This document shows positions 37,763 through 47,667 of a DNA stretch of 64,000 bases, in pieces; positions within the stretch are counted from its first letter, which is position 1; each line of letters starts with the position of its first letter. The notes beneath the pieces were generated by a model. It was not told the DNA's origin. It saw nothing but the letters and a program-made list of their open reading frames with translations, and searched no databases. The stretch comes from Pedobacter sp. (GTDB lineage Bacteria; Desulfobacterota; Desulfuromonadia; Desulfuromonadales; Syntrophotaleaceae), in NCBI GenBank assembly GCA_050253415.1, contig JBFWJC010000001.1, positions 1,512,679-1,576,678 of the forward strand, read 5' to 3'. The position numbers and the translations under genes were made by a program.

Positions 37763-38641
37763 ATGGAACCAATAATATGCTGTGAAAATATCCGGGAGGC
37801 CATTGAAAAACTTCCAATGCTGTCACCCAATGTCAATCGCCTGCTGCAGATTATATCCGACGAAGATTATGAGCTTGACGATGTTGTCAATATCGTCAAA
37901 TATGATGCAGTGCTGACCGCCAAAGTATTGAAGATGGTAAATTCCCCCGTTTTCGGGTTACTGAATCCGGTTACCTCGCTCGACAGGGCTATCAGCTATC
38001 TCGGAAAGTGGATCGTTGTAAGTATCATTTTGTCGGACAATACCGGCGAGTTGTTCAGTCAGCCGCTCGAAGGCTACGAAGGGCAACAGAATGCGTTGTG
38101 GCGCCATGACCTTTTTGCTGCCTTTTCCTGTAGCGAAGTGGCCCGCCTGGCTAAACAGAGTTTTGAAACGGAACTTGCGTTTACTGCCGGCCTCTTGCAT
38201 GACATCGGTAAATTTGTCTTTGCACCTTTCTGGAAGGAGGCCGCGCCGGAAGCCCTGAAGCGAATCGCGGAAGGCAGCATTACCGATTATCTGGCAGCAG
38301 AACGGGCTCTGGCAGGAATGGACCATGCTCAGATCGGTTACGAGATGGCAAAACATTGGGAGTTTCCCCAGTCTCTACAGCAGGCTATTCTTTACCACCA
38401 TACGCCCCAAAACGCGCCGGAGGAATATCGCGCGCTTGCTTTTGCCGCCCATATCGGCGATATGTGTGCCATGATGGCAGGGTGTGATACCGGCAATGAT
38501 GGTATGCAATATCCGTTGGATAATGGCTACGCCGAGTACTTTGATGTGACTTCCAATTCCCTGGCGCAAATTCTTATGGAAGCGGAAGCTCAATTTAAAA
38601 AAGCAATTTCGTCTCTTTCCTTTGAAGAGGAGGTTGATTAG
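37763..38641 (+). CDS. HDOD domain protein
   Basis: LTAKVLKMVNSPVFG; AFTAGLLHDIGK; DHAQIG...W.FP. Confidence 0.92.
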   Translation: MEPIICCENIREAIEKLPMLSPNVNRLLQIISDEDYELDDVVNIVKYDAVLTAKVLKMVNSPVFGLLNPVTSLDRAISYLGKWIVVSIILSDNTGELFSQPLEGYEGQQNALWRHDLFAAFSCSEVARLAKQSFETELAFTAGLLHDIGKFVFAPFWKEAAPEALKRIAEGSITDYLAAERALAGMDHAQIGYEMAKHWEFPQSLQQAILYHHTPQNAPEEYRALAFAAHIGDMCAMMAGCDTGNDGMQYPLDNGYAEYFDVTSNSLAQILMEAEAQFKKAISSLSFEEEVD

Positions 38642-39012
38642 TGAAACGCATCGTCATTGCCGACGATTCGGCCACCGCCCGTATGGTTATACGGCGGTGC
38701 CTGGAGATTATCGGTTTGGGAGACGCCGGGATGGTAGAAGTGCCCAACGGCCGGGAAGCTTTGGCGCGTCTCAAGGAAGAACCGACCGACCTGTTGGTAA
38801 CAGACCTGAATATGCCTATCATGGATGGGGAAACATTGCTCAAATGGGTCAAAGGCAGTCCTAAGTTGACCGATGTTCCGGTGGTCGTGATTACCAGTGC
38901 CGGCAACCCTGCCAAAGAGGCGCTGTTGACGGAATTAGGTGCATTTGCCGTTCTTGATAAGCCTATTTCGCCAGCCACGCTGCTGAAAAAGCTCGAACCG
39001 CTGATGCAGTGA
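38641..39012 (+). CDS. cheY: single-domain response regulator (CheY-like)
   Basis: IADDS; TDLNMPIMDG; KP motif. Confidence 0.85.
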   Translation: MKRIVIADDSATARMVIRRCLEIIGLGDAGMVEVPNGREALARLKEEPTDLLVTDLNMPIMDGETLLKWVKGSPKLTDVPVVVITSAGNPAKEALLTELGAFAVLDKPISPATLLKKLEPLMQ

Positions 39013-39025
39013 ACAGAGAGGGATA

Positions 39026-39502
39026 ATGAGCCAAAATTTTGATGAACTTGTCCGACAAGCCATTGCCGTGACCCTTGAGAATATGGCCTTCATGGAAGTT
39101 TTGCCGCAGTCGGACGAAACAGCTCCCGAGTCGGCAGATAACAGTATGTCTGCCCGATTGCTGGTACTTGATCCTATCCAGGCGGAAATGATTCTGACCT
39201 TTCCGATGCAATTATTGAGAAATATCATAGATGTCGTTCATGCCTTCCCGGAAGAGGAAGTGGCTGAGCAGATTCAGGCTGATATGCTCGGAGAGTTGCT
39301 CAATACCATTGCAGGACGCTTACTCAACGACTTTATCCCCGGTAATCAGTCGTATCGTCTTGGATTGCCGGAGGTCAGCCAGGACCAACCCGGTTTGTGC
39401 GATGGTCCCAGTAAAACATGGAAATACGACGTTGAAGGTGAGCCGCTGACTTTTGCTATTGTCGGCACCGGCTTTTTCCCCAACGATTCGGTCTCGGTCT
39501 GA
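39026..39502 (+). CDS. CheX-like phosphatase
   Basis: DMLGELLNTIAG ExxN motif; GLPEV. Confidence 0.75.
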   Translation: MSQNFDELVRQAIAVTLENMAFMEVLPQSDETAPESADNSMSARLLVLDPIQAEMILTFPMQLLRNIIDVVHAFPEEEVAEQIQADMLGELLNTIAGRLLNDFIPGNQSYRLGLPEVSQDQPGLCDGPSKTWKYDVEGEPLTFAIVGTGFFPNDSVSV

Positions 39503-39541
39503 AATTAAGAGTTGGTATAGGCTTTACAATTTTATGGAAGA

Positions 39542-39925
39542 ATGGAGAACATCATGGGAAAAAAAGTGTTGATTGTAGATGATTCGAATACCATGAGAAA
39601 AATCGTGGCGCGTTCTCTGCGACAGGCAGGGTTTGAGTTTGACAAATTGTTGGAGGCCGCCGATGGCCAGGCCGCGCTGGAAGCTCTGGCCGGTGAATCG
39701 GTCGATATTATTTTGAGCGACATCAATATGCCGGTTATGGATGGTATTGAATTTCTCCGTCAAAAAAATGCGGATGCGCAGATTAAAGGGATTCCTGTGG
39801 TGATGATTACCACGGAGGCAGGATCGGATGTGCTTAACGAGGCGTTGTCTCTTGGTGCAGTCGGTACCATAAAAAAACCCTTTACGCCGGATCAGGTGCA
39901 AGAGGTGTTGGGTAAGTTCCTGTGA
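39542..39925 (+). CDS. cheY: chemotaxis response regulator CheY
   Basis: IVDDSNTMRKI; SDINMPVMDG; KPFT (start may be 39554). Confidence 0.9.
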   Translation: MENIMGKKVLIVDDSNTMRKIVARSLRQAGFEFDKLLEAADGQAALEALAGESVDIILSDINMPVMDGIEFLRQKNADAQIKGIPVVMITTEAGSDVLNEALSLGAVGTIKKPFTPDQVQEVLGKFL

Positions 39926-39940
39926 TAAGGAGAGTTTTCC

Positions 39941-40399
39941 GTGGATTTAGCCAAGTGTATTTCAGAGGCAACGCAAGAAATTTTTCAATCGATGTTGATG
40001 ACCGAGGCCCGTCCCGCGGCACCCCTTCAGACGCGTTCCCACAAGTTTAATGATTCGGTGTCGGGGTTGGTCGGCCTTGCCGGCAATTATCGGGGCATGC
40101 TCGCTATTCATTTGCCCAATGCTGTTGCAATGAGCATTACCAGTAAGTTCCTGTTCATGGACGTCGAGGAAATTAACGATGATGTTAAAGACGCCATCGG
40201 TGAACTTGCGAACATGTTGGCCGGCAGTGTTAAAACCATGCTTACAGACACGGGTACTGGAATCAAACTGGCTATCCCTTCAGCTATATGTGGGGCGGAA
40301 TACGAAGTTGAGTGTCTTGCTGAGAGTGAAGGGGTCATCATGCCCTTCAGTATGGATGACGGTGAATTTCTGGTTGAATGTTACCTCCAGAACAGTTAA
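39941..40399 (+). CDS. cheX: CheY-P phosphatase CheX
   Basis: VSGLVGLAG; DAIGELANMLAG; LAIPSAI. Confidence 0.9.
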   Translation: MDLAKCISEATQEIFQSMLMTEARPAAPLQTRSHKFNDSVSGLVGLAGNYRGMLAIHLPNAVAMSITSKFLFMDVEEINDDVKDAIGELANMLAGSVKTMLTDTGTGIKLAIPSAICGAEYEVECLAESEGVIMPFSMDDGEFLVECYLQNS

Positions 40400-40407
40400 T
40401 GGTGTTT

Positions 40408-40470
40408 TAAACCGCCAGTTTGGCAGCTTGAGTGCCCCCTAGGGTACTTGGTTGCAAAGCTGGCGTTTTA
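40408..40470 (+). other. long imperfect stem-loop between cheX and the next gene
   Basis: taaaccgccagttt...aagctggcgtttta with inner gagtgccc/gggtactt; T-rich tail follows. Confidence 0.65.
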
Positions 40471-40579
40471 TTTTAGGTTTTTATTTCCGGTATCCTGAGA
40501 GCCGGAACGACTGGTCGTTCAGGAACAAGGATAAGAATTCATCCACCCCCTTTCTTCTTGGAAAGCAGTACTTACAGGA

Positions 40580-41623
40580 ATGAGCGATAACGCGCGCATA
40601 ACAGCCATATTTGAAGCTCTGGCGGAAAAACTTGCCAATGGATTGAGCGATCTGATGGGCTGCAGCATTGAAGTCTCATTGATTTCCGAGCGGCGGGTAT
40701 CAAAAGCGGATTTTTTTGCCTCTTTCCATAAAAAGTTGGTCATGGCCAACATGGATGTAAGTGGCAGCCGCGACGGCACAATGCATTGTTTCTGCCAGCT
40801 TAAGGATGCCGTGTTGCTGGGTGGGACATTAATTATGTTGCCGCCGGCCGAGTTGGAAAAGCAGGTTCGCAAAGAGGAGTTCTCTGAAGACGAAGCCGAT
40901 GCCTATGGCGAAATTGTCAACATCGTATCCGGTGAGCTTTGTCAGGCCTTTGATGAAATGGCTATTGATAAACTCCATTTTAAAAAAACCGGCATCGAGG
41001 TGGTGGTCCCCGCTAAAGTGGTTGTCGATGCGGAAGAACCTTTTCCCCCGGGAGAAATTTATCAGGTTTCTTTTGACCTGGCCCTTGAGGGACAGCCGCT
41101 GCAAACCATGGAAATGGTTTTCCCCCCTGTTTTGTTGGGCTTGGCCAGCAATGATATTCCCGTTTCTGCATCCGTGGAGAAAGAGGACGTAGCGACCTTC
41201 TCTGAACCTTTGGGTGATGCGCCTGCAGTTGGAACCGATGTAGCCGATAATATGGTTCTGGTGGTTGCTGGGCGGAAGGAGGATGTTCACGACCTTACCG
41301 ATGCGTGTATTGCTGAGGGGTTCGTTCCCAGGGTTGCCGGGTATCAGGAAGATTTTCAGCCCTTTGGACCAAACGGCGATACACCGGTTAAGGGGGTGGT
41401 TTTTACCATGGATGATTCAAAGGAACTCGGATTGGCGGCTATTATCAAGGCTAAAGCCATTTTTAGCGGGAGCGTTCCACTTATAGCCGCTGGTGGGCAA
41501 TGGACGCGTAGTCAGGTACTTCAGGCCGTGAAGTATGGCGTATGCGATATCGTAGTGATGCCCGCATCGCCCGATGATATACGGGAAAAACTTCGTCAGA
41601 ATATGGGTATAAAACAAAGCTGA
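40580..41623 (+). CDS. CheC/FliY-like phosphatase domain fused to a degenerate C-terminal receiver-like domain
   Basis: DAYGEIVNIVSG ExxN motif; C-terminal VLQAVKYGVCDIVVMP resembles the REC beta5 region. Confidence 0.65.
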   Translation: MSDNARITAIFEALAEKLANGLSDLMGCSIEVSLISERRVSKADFFASFHKKLVMANMDVSGSRDGTMHCFCQLKDAVLLGGTLIMLPPAELEKQVRKEEFSEDEADAYGEIVNIVSGELCQAFDEMAIDKLHFKKTGIEVVVPAKVVVDAEEPFPPGEIYQVSFDLALEGQPLQTMEMVFPPVLLGLASNDIPVSASVEKEDVATFSEPLGDAPAVGTDVADNMVLVVAGRKEDVHDLTDACIAEGFVPRVAGYQEDFQPFGPNGDTPVKGVVFTMDDSKELGLAAIIKAKAIFSGSVPLIAAGGQWTRSQVLQAVKYGVCDIVVMPASPDDIREKLRQNMGIKQS

Positions 41624-41688
41624 AAAAGATGCTTTTCTTCATCAAATACACTGGTATGTGGTATTTGCTGTTCTTTTGCGAAACCTGA

Positions 41689-43119
41689 TTATTTCTCCTC
41701 GTCAGTCTCCGTGCTGATATTTTTGCGTTTCAGCTTTTCTATCAAGGTGGTTCTTTTCAGGTTCAGCAGTTTTGCGGCTTCCCGCTTGTTGCCGCCTGTG
41801 ATGTTAAGAGCCTGTAAAATGAGCTGATTTTCAAATCGATTGACCAACATGTTAAAATCGACCCCACTTTCATCCAGATTGAGGGGTGACTCCTGTTCTG
41901 GTACGGCATCCTGACTTGGTGTTGACTCATCGCGCGACTGGTATTTTTCCGGCAGGTCATCGAAGGAAGCAGTTTGTCCGGCAAAAAAGATGGACATGCG
42001 TTGTACCAGATTTTCCAATTCCCGCACATTACCTGGCCAGGTATATTGTTTCAAGGCTTGCAAAGCAGCGCTGTCAAATCCCTTGAAGGGATTCTTTTTC
42101 TGTCTGTTGTATATCCCTACAAAACGATCAATAAGCAGGGGGATGTCTTCTTTGCGTTTGCGTAGTGGTGGGATTTGCAAGGGGATAACATTCAGTCGAT
42201 AATAGAGGTCTTCACGAAAGCGTCCTTCGGCTACGGATTTATCCAGATCTCTATGCGTTGCCGCAACAACACGCACATCAACGGATATTGGCTTGACCCC
42301 GCCCACAGGCTCAAATTCCTTTTCCTGCAAAACCCGTAGCAATTTTGCCTGCAGACTTGGCTTCATGTCGCCGATTTCATCCAGAAACAGTGTCCCGCCA
42401 TCGGCGTATTGAAGGCGCCCCATTTTGGCTTGATTGGCCCCTGTAAAGGCACCCTTAACATAACCGAACAGTTCGCTTTCGAGTAGATCTTCAGGAATGG
42501 CAGCACAGTTGACAGGTACGAAGTTTTTTCGGCTGCGCGGCCCATGTGCATGAATGGCGCGCGCTACAAGTTCTTTACCCGTTCCACTATCCCCAAGCAC
42601 CAATACCGAAGAGTTACCCTCCGAGGCGAGTTTTTCTATGAAATTGAAGAGTTGGCGCATGCTGGGTGCCTGGCCAATAATTCCGTGAAAGCCGTCCGAT
42701 TTGCGGAATTTGCGTCCTCGAATTTCGCCTTTGGTGAGCAAGTCATGGTGCTGCAGGGCGCGAGAGGTGGCAATGATGGTTTCTTCGTGATTGTAAGGCG
42801 TGTTGAGACAAAAAAAAGCGCCATATTTCAATGCTTCAAGGGCGACATCGCGTTGGTCCGTGGGGACACCTACTACGGTAACGATCTGATTGTTGAGTCG
42901 AGAAGCTTTTTTCAATAACTCCAGGCCCTGATTGTCGGGCGGGAACAGATCTGTAAGAATAACGGAGATTTCATCCTCTTGAAGTAATTCCAGGGCAGCT
43001 TCGGGAGAGTCGGCTTCGATTACAGTGCAATCGACAGTTTTTCTGATGGCAACGGCAAGGTCGCTTCTTTCCTTGATATTTTTATTTACAATAAGAACGC
43101 TACGTAAAGAATAGAACAT
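41689..43119 (-). CDS. sigma54-dependent Fis-family activator (FleQ/FgrM-like flagellar master regulator)
   Basis: Atypical REC domain; GDSGTGKE, GAFTGA, FLDEIGDM, WPGNVREL; HTH LKRTTLIEKLK (GTG at 43125 is an alternative start). Confidence 0.9.
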   Translation of the reverse strand: MFYSLRSVLIVNKNIKERSDLAVAIRKTVDCTVIEADSPEAALELLQEDEISVILTDLFPPDNQGLELLKKASRLNNQIVTVVGVPTDQRDVALEALKYGAFFCLNTPYNHEETIIATSRALQHHDLLTKGEIRGRKFRKSDGFHGIIGQAPSMRQLFNFIEKLASEGNSSVLVLGDSGTGKELVARAIHAHGPRSRKNFVPVNCAAIPEDLLESELFGYVKGAFTGANQAKMGRLQYADGGTLFLDEIGDMKPSLQAKLLRVLQEKEFEPVGGVKPISVDVRVVAATHRDLDKSVAEGRFREDLYYRLNVIPLQIPPLRKRKEDIPLLIDRFVGIYNRQKKNPFKGFDSAALQALKQYTWPGNVRELENLVQRMSIFFAGQTASFDDLPEKYQSRDESTPSQDAVPEQESPLNLDESGVDFNMLVNRFENQLILQALNITGGNKREAAKLLNLKRTTLIEKLKRKNISTETDEEK

Positions 43120-43357
43120 GATCACCCATTCGAGTTGGAAATGGTCATCGTAAGTCGCGATCTCGGCCGCATCTGTTTAGGGCTCGGAACCCTTCGGAAA
43201 TACTCTGGTATAGTAACAAAAAAATACGTGGAGTAAAAATGCTTTTTATTTTTTTAGTGATAAATGGGGAATAATAATTCTTTTAGACAGCTTTTATGGA
43301 AAACAGAAAGAATCCTGTCGGCATTGACGCGATGTGACGTAAGCGGTCAGACCCTTC

Positions 43358-43735
43358 TCAGACCAGTATGTTTATCTGAGAGCCGGGAAACGCCTGTTCT
43401 GGAACTACGGCTTTCTGTTGCTCTGCATAGGTTGTGCGCACCAGGTTGCGAGAGGCTGGTGTCTCGTGGGCAGGTTCTGTTACATGGAAATCGCTAGATG
43501 GTGAAATAATATGCGGCGCGGGCAAGGCCAAGGTGTATGTGTTTGCGGATCGTTGTATGTAATTGCTGAATCGTGCAGCGGCTTCCAGGCCGGCATTCGA
43601 CAAGGTGATTTTGTCGACAGCCGGAGGGGCTGTTGGTTGCGTGACCAGTCGATTGGTAGATAGTTCTACGATATCGGGGCTGCTCGCAACGCTGGTGTGC
43701 CGCGAATAGCTATATGTCTGATTGATCTTTGTCAT
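43358..43735 (-). CDS. hypothetical protein, probably disordered
   Basis: 125-aa ORF filling the intergenic space; contains DKITLS and C-terminal PGSQINILV motifs. Confidence 0.55.
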   Translation of the reverse strand: MTKINQTYSYSRHTSVASSPDIVELSTNRLVTQPTAPPAVDKITLSNAGLEAAARFSNYIQRSANTYTLALPAPHIISPSSDFHVTEPAHETPASRNLVRTTYAEQQKAVVPEQAFPGSQINILV

Positions 43736-43870
43736 GGCTAAGAATCGGTTGTTGGAGCGTTTTGTTGCCTGCTAATCGTATCTACAGTCTATCTCGTTTG
43801 CTGGCTTCGGGCAATAACCAAAAATTTTCTGCTTCGATGTCTGCCTGTAAGGTGGTAGGGATAAATCCAA

Positions 43871-43895
43871 GTTGTCCACAGAAGTTGTGGAGAAC
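43871..43895. promoter_or_regulatory. inverted pair of DnaA-box-like 9-mers
   Basis: gTTGTCCACA-gaagt-TGTGGAGAAc; each is one mismatch from TTATCCACA. Confidence 0.45.
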
Positions 43896-43988
43896 CTTTG
43901 GCATGCTGGTGGGTAACACCACGTAACTAGTCAAAACAGCGATTAAGTTAGCGTATTGCTCGTATTCTGTGCAGGTAATGTAAGGACA

Positions 43989-44576
43989 TCAGAAATGGCT
44001 CGTAGAGGGCGCGTCGCCAGGCAGATCGGTCTCGGCGAATACTTGAGCTGTAAAGATAAAGATGTCGGTATCTTCGGATTGCCAGGCATCGGTGGGCAGT
44101 CCTGCCTTTGTGCAGGTCTGCCTGAGAAACATGGTGCGGTCCCATTGATGTTCTACTGCTACCTGGGGCAAAAGTACGCCTCGATAAGAACCTTTTTCAA
44201 GATAAATGCCGTGTGACCCCACCTGTATATCGTTCGGGTCGTTGACTTTTTCCAGTGGGGACAGGATTGAAATTTCAATCAGGTAGTTGTTTAGATCCTC
44301 TATACCCATGGGATAGAAGCGAGGATCCTGGGTCGCTGCGGCGCAAGCCATTTCGGCCACCTCCTGGTGCAGCGGCCATTGAGGTTGGAACTTGCCGATG
44401 CAACCGCGCAGTTGACCGTTCTGCTTGATGGAGACAAAGCATCCGAGTCGCACGTTAAGAGCTGCTTCCTCGGTGGTTTCGATGGTGGGTTTGCCGGTTA
44501 ACACGCATGTTTCTATGGCGTTGCGAGCGATGGCAAGAAGAGTGGCCTGTTGTTGAGCGGTCAGCGGCTTATCCAT
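43989..44576 (-). CDS. amrA: AmmeMemoRadiSam system protein A (AMMECR1 domain)
   Basis: GCFVSI...LRGCIG; DPRF; RGVLLPQVA...KAGL; start trimmed to MDKPL after GGAGG. Confidence 0.92.
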   Translation of the reverse strand: MDKPLTAQQQATLLAIARNAIETCVLTGKPTIETTEEAALNVRLGCFVSIKQNGQLRGCIGKFQPQWPLHQEVAEMACAAATQDPRFYPMGIEDLNNYLIEISILSPLEKVNDPNDIQVGSHGIYLEKGSYRGVLLPQVAVEHQWDRTMFLRQTCTKAGLPTDAWQSEDTDIFIFTAQVFAETDLPGDAPSTSHF

Positions 44577-44689
44577 GAAACCTCCGGTAAGCAGGGTTCT
44601 TTGCAATGCAACTGCTAAATGGTACCGTTCATTGTCAGATTTTAGTCAGCTTCTTTTAAAATGGCAAGGTGAACGCATAAAAGTGTGTC

Positions 44690-44726
44690 AAAAAAAACGG
44701 CCCGGGAAACCGGGCCGTTTTTTTTT
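44690..44726 (-). terminator. intrinsic (bidirectional-type) terminator after typA
   Basis: A-run, cggcccgg gaaa ccgggccg, T-run. Confidence 0.85.
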
Positions 44727-46533
44727 ACTTTTGTTTGTCGTACTTTTTTCGGGCGTTGGCATCAAGCAGCTTTTTGCGAAGTCGTATCGAAGTCGGAGTG
44801 ACCTCGACCAGTTCATCGTCGTTGATGTATTCCAGGGCTTGTTCAAGGCTGAGGTTGCGCGGCGGTACCAGGCGAATGGCCTCGTCGCTGCCGGAAGCGC
44901 GCACGTTGGAGAGTTTTTTGCCTTTGCAGGGGTTTACGACCATGTCGCTTTGCTTGGCATTCTCCCCGATAATCATTCCTTCGTAGACCTTTACTGCGGG
45001 GTCAACGAACAAGGTGCCGCGGTCCTGGAGGGTGAATAGGGCGTAGGCAGCCGTCTCCCCATCCTCCATGGCAATCAATACGCCATTGCTGCGGCCGGCG
45101 ATGGGACCCTTGTAGGGAGCATATTCGTTGAAGGTGTGGTTCATGACGCCGGTGCCGCGGGTGTCGGTCAGGAATTCGGTACGGAAACCGATCAGACCGC
45201 GGGCGGGGATGGAGAATTCCAGTCGATTTATACCGTCCATGGGCTGCATGGAGATCATCTCCGCTTTACGTCTGCCCAGTTTTTCGATCACCGTGCCCTG
45301 GTGTTCTTCGGGTACGTCGATGAGCAGGTTTTCCATCGGCTCGCTGCGTACGCCGTCGATATCTTTGAAAATAACCTCGGGTTTGGACACGGACAGCTCA
45401 AAACCCTCGCGGCGCATGTTTTCAATCAGGATCGACAGGTGCAGTTCGCCGCGGCCCGAGACCCTGAAGGTATCGGTGTTGTCGGTTTCTTCCACGCGCA
45501 GGGAAACATTGGTGCGCAATTCGCGCATCAAGCGGTCGCGCAGGTTGCGCGAGGTGACGAATTTCCCTTCCCGGCCGGCGAACGGCGAGGTGTTGATAGA
45601 GAAGTTCATGGACAGAGTCGGCTCATCGATGGCGATGGAAGGCAAAGCCTCCGGACACGTTTCGTCGGCGAAGGTTTCGCCGATGCCAACTTCGTCAAAC
45701 CCGGCGATGCTGACGATGTCGCCGGCCGGAGCCGTCTCCAATTCGACCTGCGCTACGCCCTGATAGCCGATCAGTTTGCTGATGCGGCCCTTTTCGACCT
45801 TGCCGTCACGTTTAACCAGGGCAATGGTCTGTCCGGTACGGACTTGACCGTTGACAATTTTGCCGGTTGCGATGCGACCCAGATAGTCATTGTATCCGAT
45901 GCTGGTTACCAGCATCTGGAAGGGGGCTTCCGGGTTGCCTTTCGGGGGGGCAACCTTGTCGCGGATAAGGTTGAACAGAGGCTCAAGGTTGTCCGACTCT
46001 TCTTCGAGATCGAGTTTCGCGACCCCCGCCTTGGCATTGGTGTAAATGATGGGGAAGTCGAGCTGTTCCTCATTGGCATTGAGTTCGCAGAACAGGTCGA
46101 AGACCATATCCACAACCTGTGTCGGCCGTGAACCGGGGCGGTCGATCTTGTTGATGACAACGATCGGCATCAGACCAAGGTCGAGCGATTTTTTCAAGAC
46201 GAAACGGGTCTGAGGCATGGGGCCGTCGAAAGCATCCACAAGCAACAGCACGCAGTCGACCATTTTCAGGACGCGCTCCACCTCGCCGCCGAAATCGGCA
46301 TGGCCGGGAGTATCGACGACATTGATTTTGAGCCCGTTGTGATGAATGGACAGGTTTTTCGAGAGGATTGTGATGCCCCGTTCTTTTTCCAGGTCGTTAT
46401 TATCCATGACCCGTTCGGTAACAACCTGATTTTCCCGGAAAACGCCGGACTGTTTGAGCATGGCGTCTACGAGGGTCGTCTTGCCATGGTCAACGTGGGC
46501 GATAATTGCGATGTTACGAATATTTTGTAGCAT
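44725..46533 (-). CDS. typA: ribosome-dependent GTPase TypA/BipA
   Basis: [48 protein letters not shown]; start trimmed to MLQNIR. Confidence 0.96.
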   Translation of the reverse strand: MLQNIRNIAIIAHVDHGKTTLVDAMLKQSGVFRENQVVTERVMDNNDLEKERGITILSKNLSIHHNGLKINVVDTPGHADFGGEVERVLKMVDCVLLLVDAFDGPMPQTRFVLKKSLDLGLMPIVVINKIDRPGSRPTQVVDMVFDLFCELNANEEQLDFPIIYTNAKAGVAKLDLEEESDNLEPLFNLIRDKVAPPKGNPEAPFQMLVTSIGYNDYLGRIATGKIVNGQVRTGQTIALVKRDGKVEKGRISKLIGYQGVAQVELETAPAGDIVSIAGFDEVGIGETFADETCPEALPSIAIDEPTLSMNFSINTSPFAGREGKFVTSRNLRDRLMRELRTNVSLRVEETDNTDTFRVSGRGELHLSILIENMRREGFELSVSKPEVIFKDIDGVRSEPMENLLIDVPEEHQGTVIEKLGRRKAEMISMQPMDGINRLEFSIPARGLIGFRTEFLTDTRGTGVMNHTFNEYAPYKGPIAGRSNGVLIAMEDGETAAYALFTLQDRGTLFVDPAVKVYEGMIIGENAKQSDMVVNPCKGKKLSNVRASGSDEAIRLVPPRNLSLEQALEYINDDELVEVTPTSIRLRKKLLDANARKKYDKQK

Positions 46534-46675
46534 AAAACTTATGTAATCTCCTTGCTTGGGTTTGTATTGTCCAAAATTTTCCCATCTTATATTGTTTTTT
46601 TGGTTTTCGCTACCCCTAAAATTATTTCGCAAAAACAACCATCTTTGGTATGTTGCGACGCAGCGAGTATTGTTT

Positions 46676-46870
46676 TTATTTGATCGCGTTTATAGATCGG
46701 GATTGGGTCGTATAAAACCATGATGTGGGGATGTCTTTGGTGAAGACCCGGCTTGCTCCCTTTGGGCTGGCGATATATGATTCGATTTTAAACGGTTTTT
46801 CAAGCTGGATAACTTCTTTCTGGCTGCAGGAGTTCTCTTGTTCCGAGTCTGTTTGATGTGTGTCGTTCAT
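46676..46870 (-). CDS. possible small hypothetical protein (64 aa)
   Basis: MNDTHQTDSEQ...; ORF evidence only. Confidence 0.25.
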   Translation of the reverse strand: MNDTHQTDSEQENSCSQKEVIQLEKPFKIESYIASPKGASRVFTKDIPTSWFYTTQSRSINAIK

Positions 46871-47135
46871 AAGCTCGGATGATCGGGGAACATTTTTGTA
46901 CTCAATTGATATGTTAGGTGTTTCAGGAGCTTGTGATGTTCGGCGGCAGTAACCCTCTTTAAATGGCACGGGCCTGTTGTCGACCAATCGTGGTGGGTTT
47001 TTTGTTGGTCATGGGTGTGAAAAACAGCGGCAGAGCGCTGACGCTCTTGATCTGTACCGGAAGATTGCCGGGTTCGATCCGTTAGTGTAACTTCGGGAAG
47101 GCTGCGACCCGAAAGGTCATTGAGCTGGAAGGCAA

Positions 47136-47660
47136 GTGATGAGTTTGTGGTTTTCCCTGGAGTCCGGGGAGCAAATTTGGTGGCAATCCTGCCCGGCACC
47201 GCGTGCCTATGTTTTCCGACGCTGGAAGCTGTCACTGGCGTGTTTGCCTGTATGGCTGGGGATAGGGGGCTGGCTTGCTATCGATGTATATTCGAGGGGG
47301 GCTGCTTTTACCGGTTGGTTCGTCTTGTGGGCCGTATTCTGGTTGTTGCTAGGTTATGGCACAATCGGTCACCTTTTTGCGTCCCGATTGCTGTGGCGCG
47401 GCGAACGTTATCTGTTGACAGATAGTCGTATTTGTATTCGCAGCGGTTTTGGGGGGCGCCATAAACAACAAATACCCTTGGACGATGTGGAAATTCATCG
47501 GGTTATTCCCCTGTCTGGCAGCCTGGCTACGATACAACTGCGTTCACGTGTTACGGGGGCTGTTTCGACTATGTACTGTCTTGAGGGCGCTTCGGTCCTG
47601 GTCGGTTTTTTTGCTTCCGGGAGCAGGGGGAAACCCGTTGACAGTCTGGTCGGCTCTTGA
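47136..47660 (+). CDS. membrane protein with bacterial PH (bPH_2-like) domain
   Basis: LESGEQIWWQSCP, two TM helices, RYLLTDSRICIRSG. Confidence 0.75.
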   Translation: MMSLWFSLESGEQIWWQSCPAPRAYVFRRWKLSLACLPVWLGIGGWLAIDVYSRGAAFTGWFVLWAVFWLLLGYGTIGHLFASRLLWRGERYLLTDSRICIRSGFGGRHKQQIPLDDVEIHRVIPLSGSLATIQLRSRVTGAVSTMYCLEGASVLVGFFASGSRGKPVDSLVGS

Positions 47661-47667
47661 TTAATAT
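47638..47667 (+). promoter_or_regulatory. sigma70 promoter for miaB
   Basis: TTGACA-N18-TAATAT. Confidence 0.5.

Noticed and set aside
46964..46979. sigma54 promoter TGGCACGGGCCTGTT
   Set aside because: It has a good -24 element but no GC at -12.
47012..47085. tRNA-like fragments (CAGCGGCAGAGCG, GGTTCGATCC)
   Set aside because: No acceptor stem, anticodon arm or CCA end can be formed.
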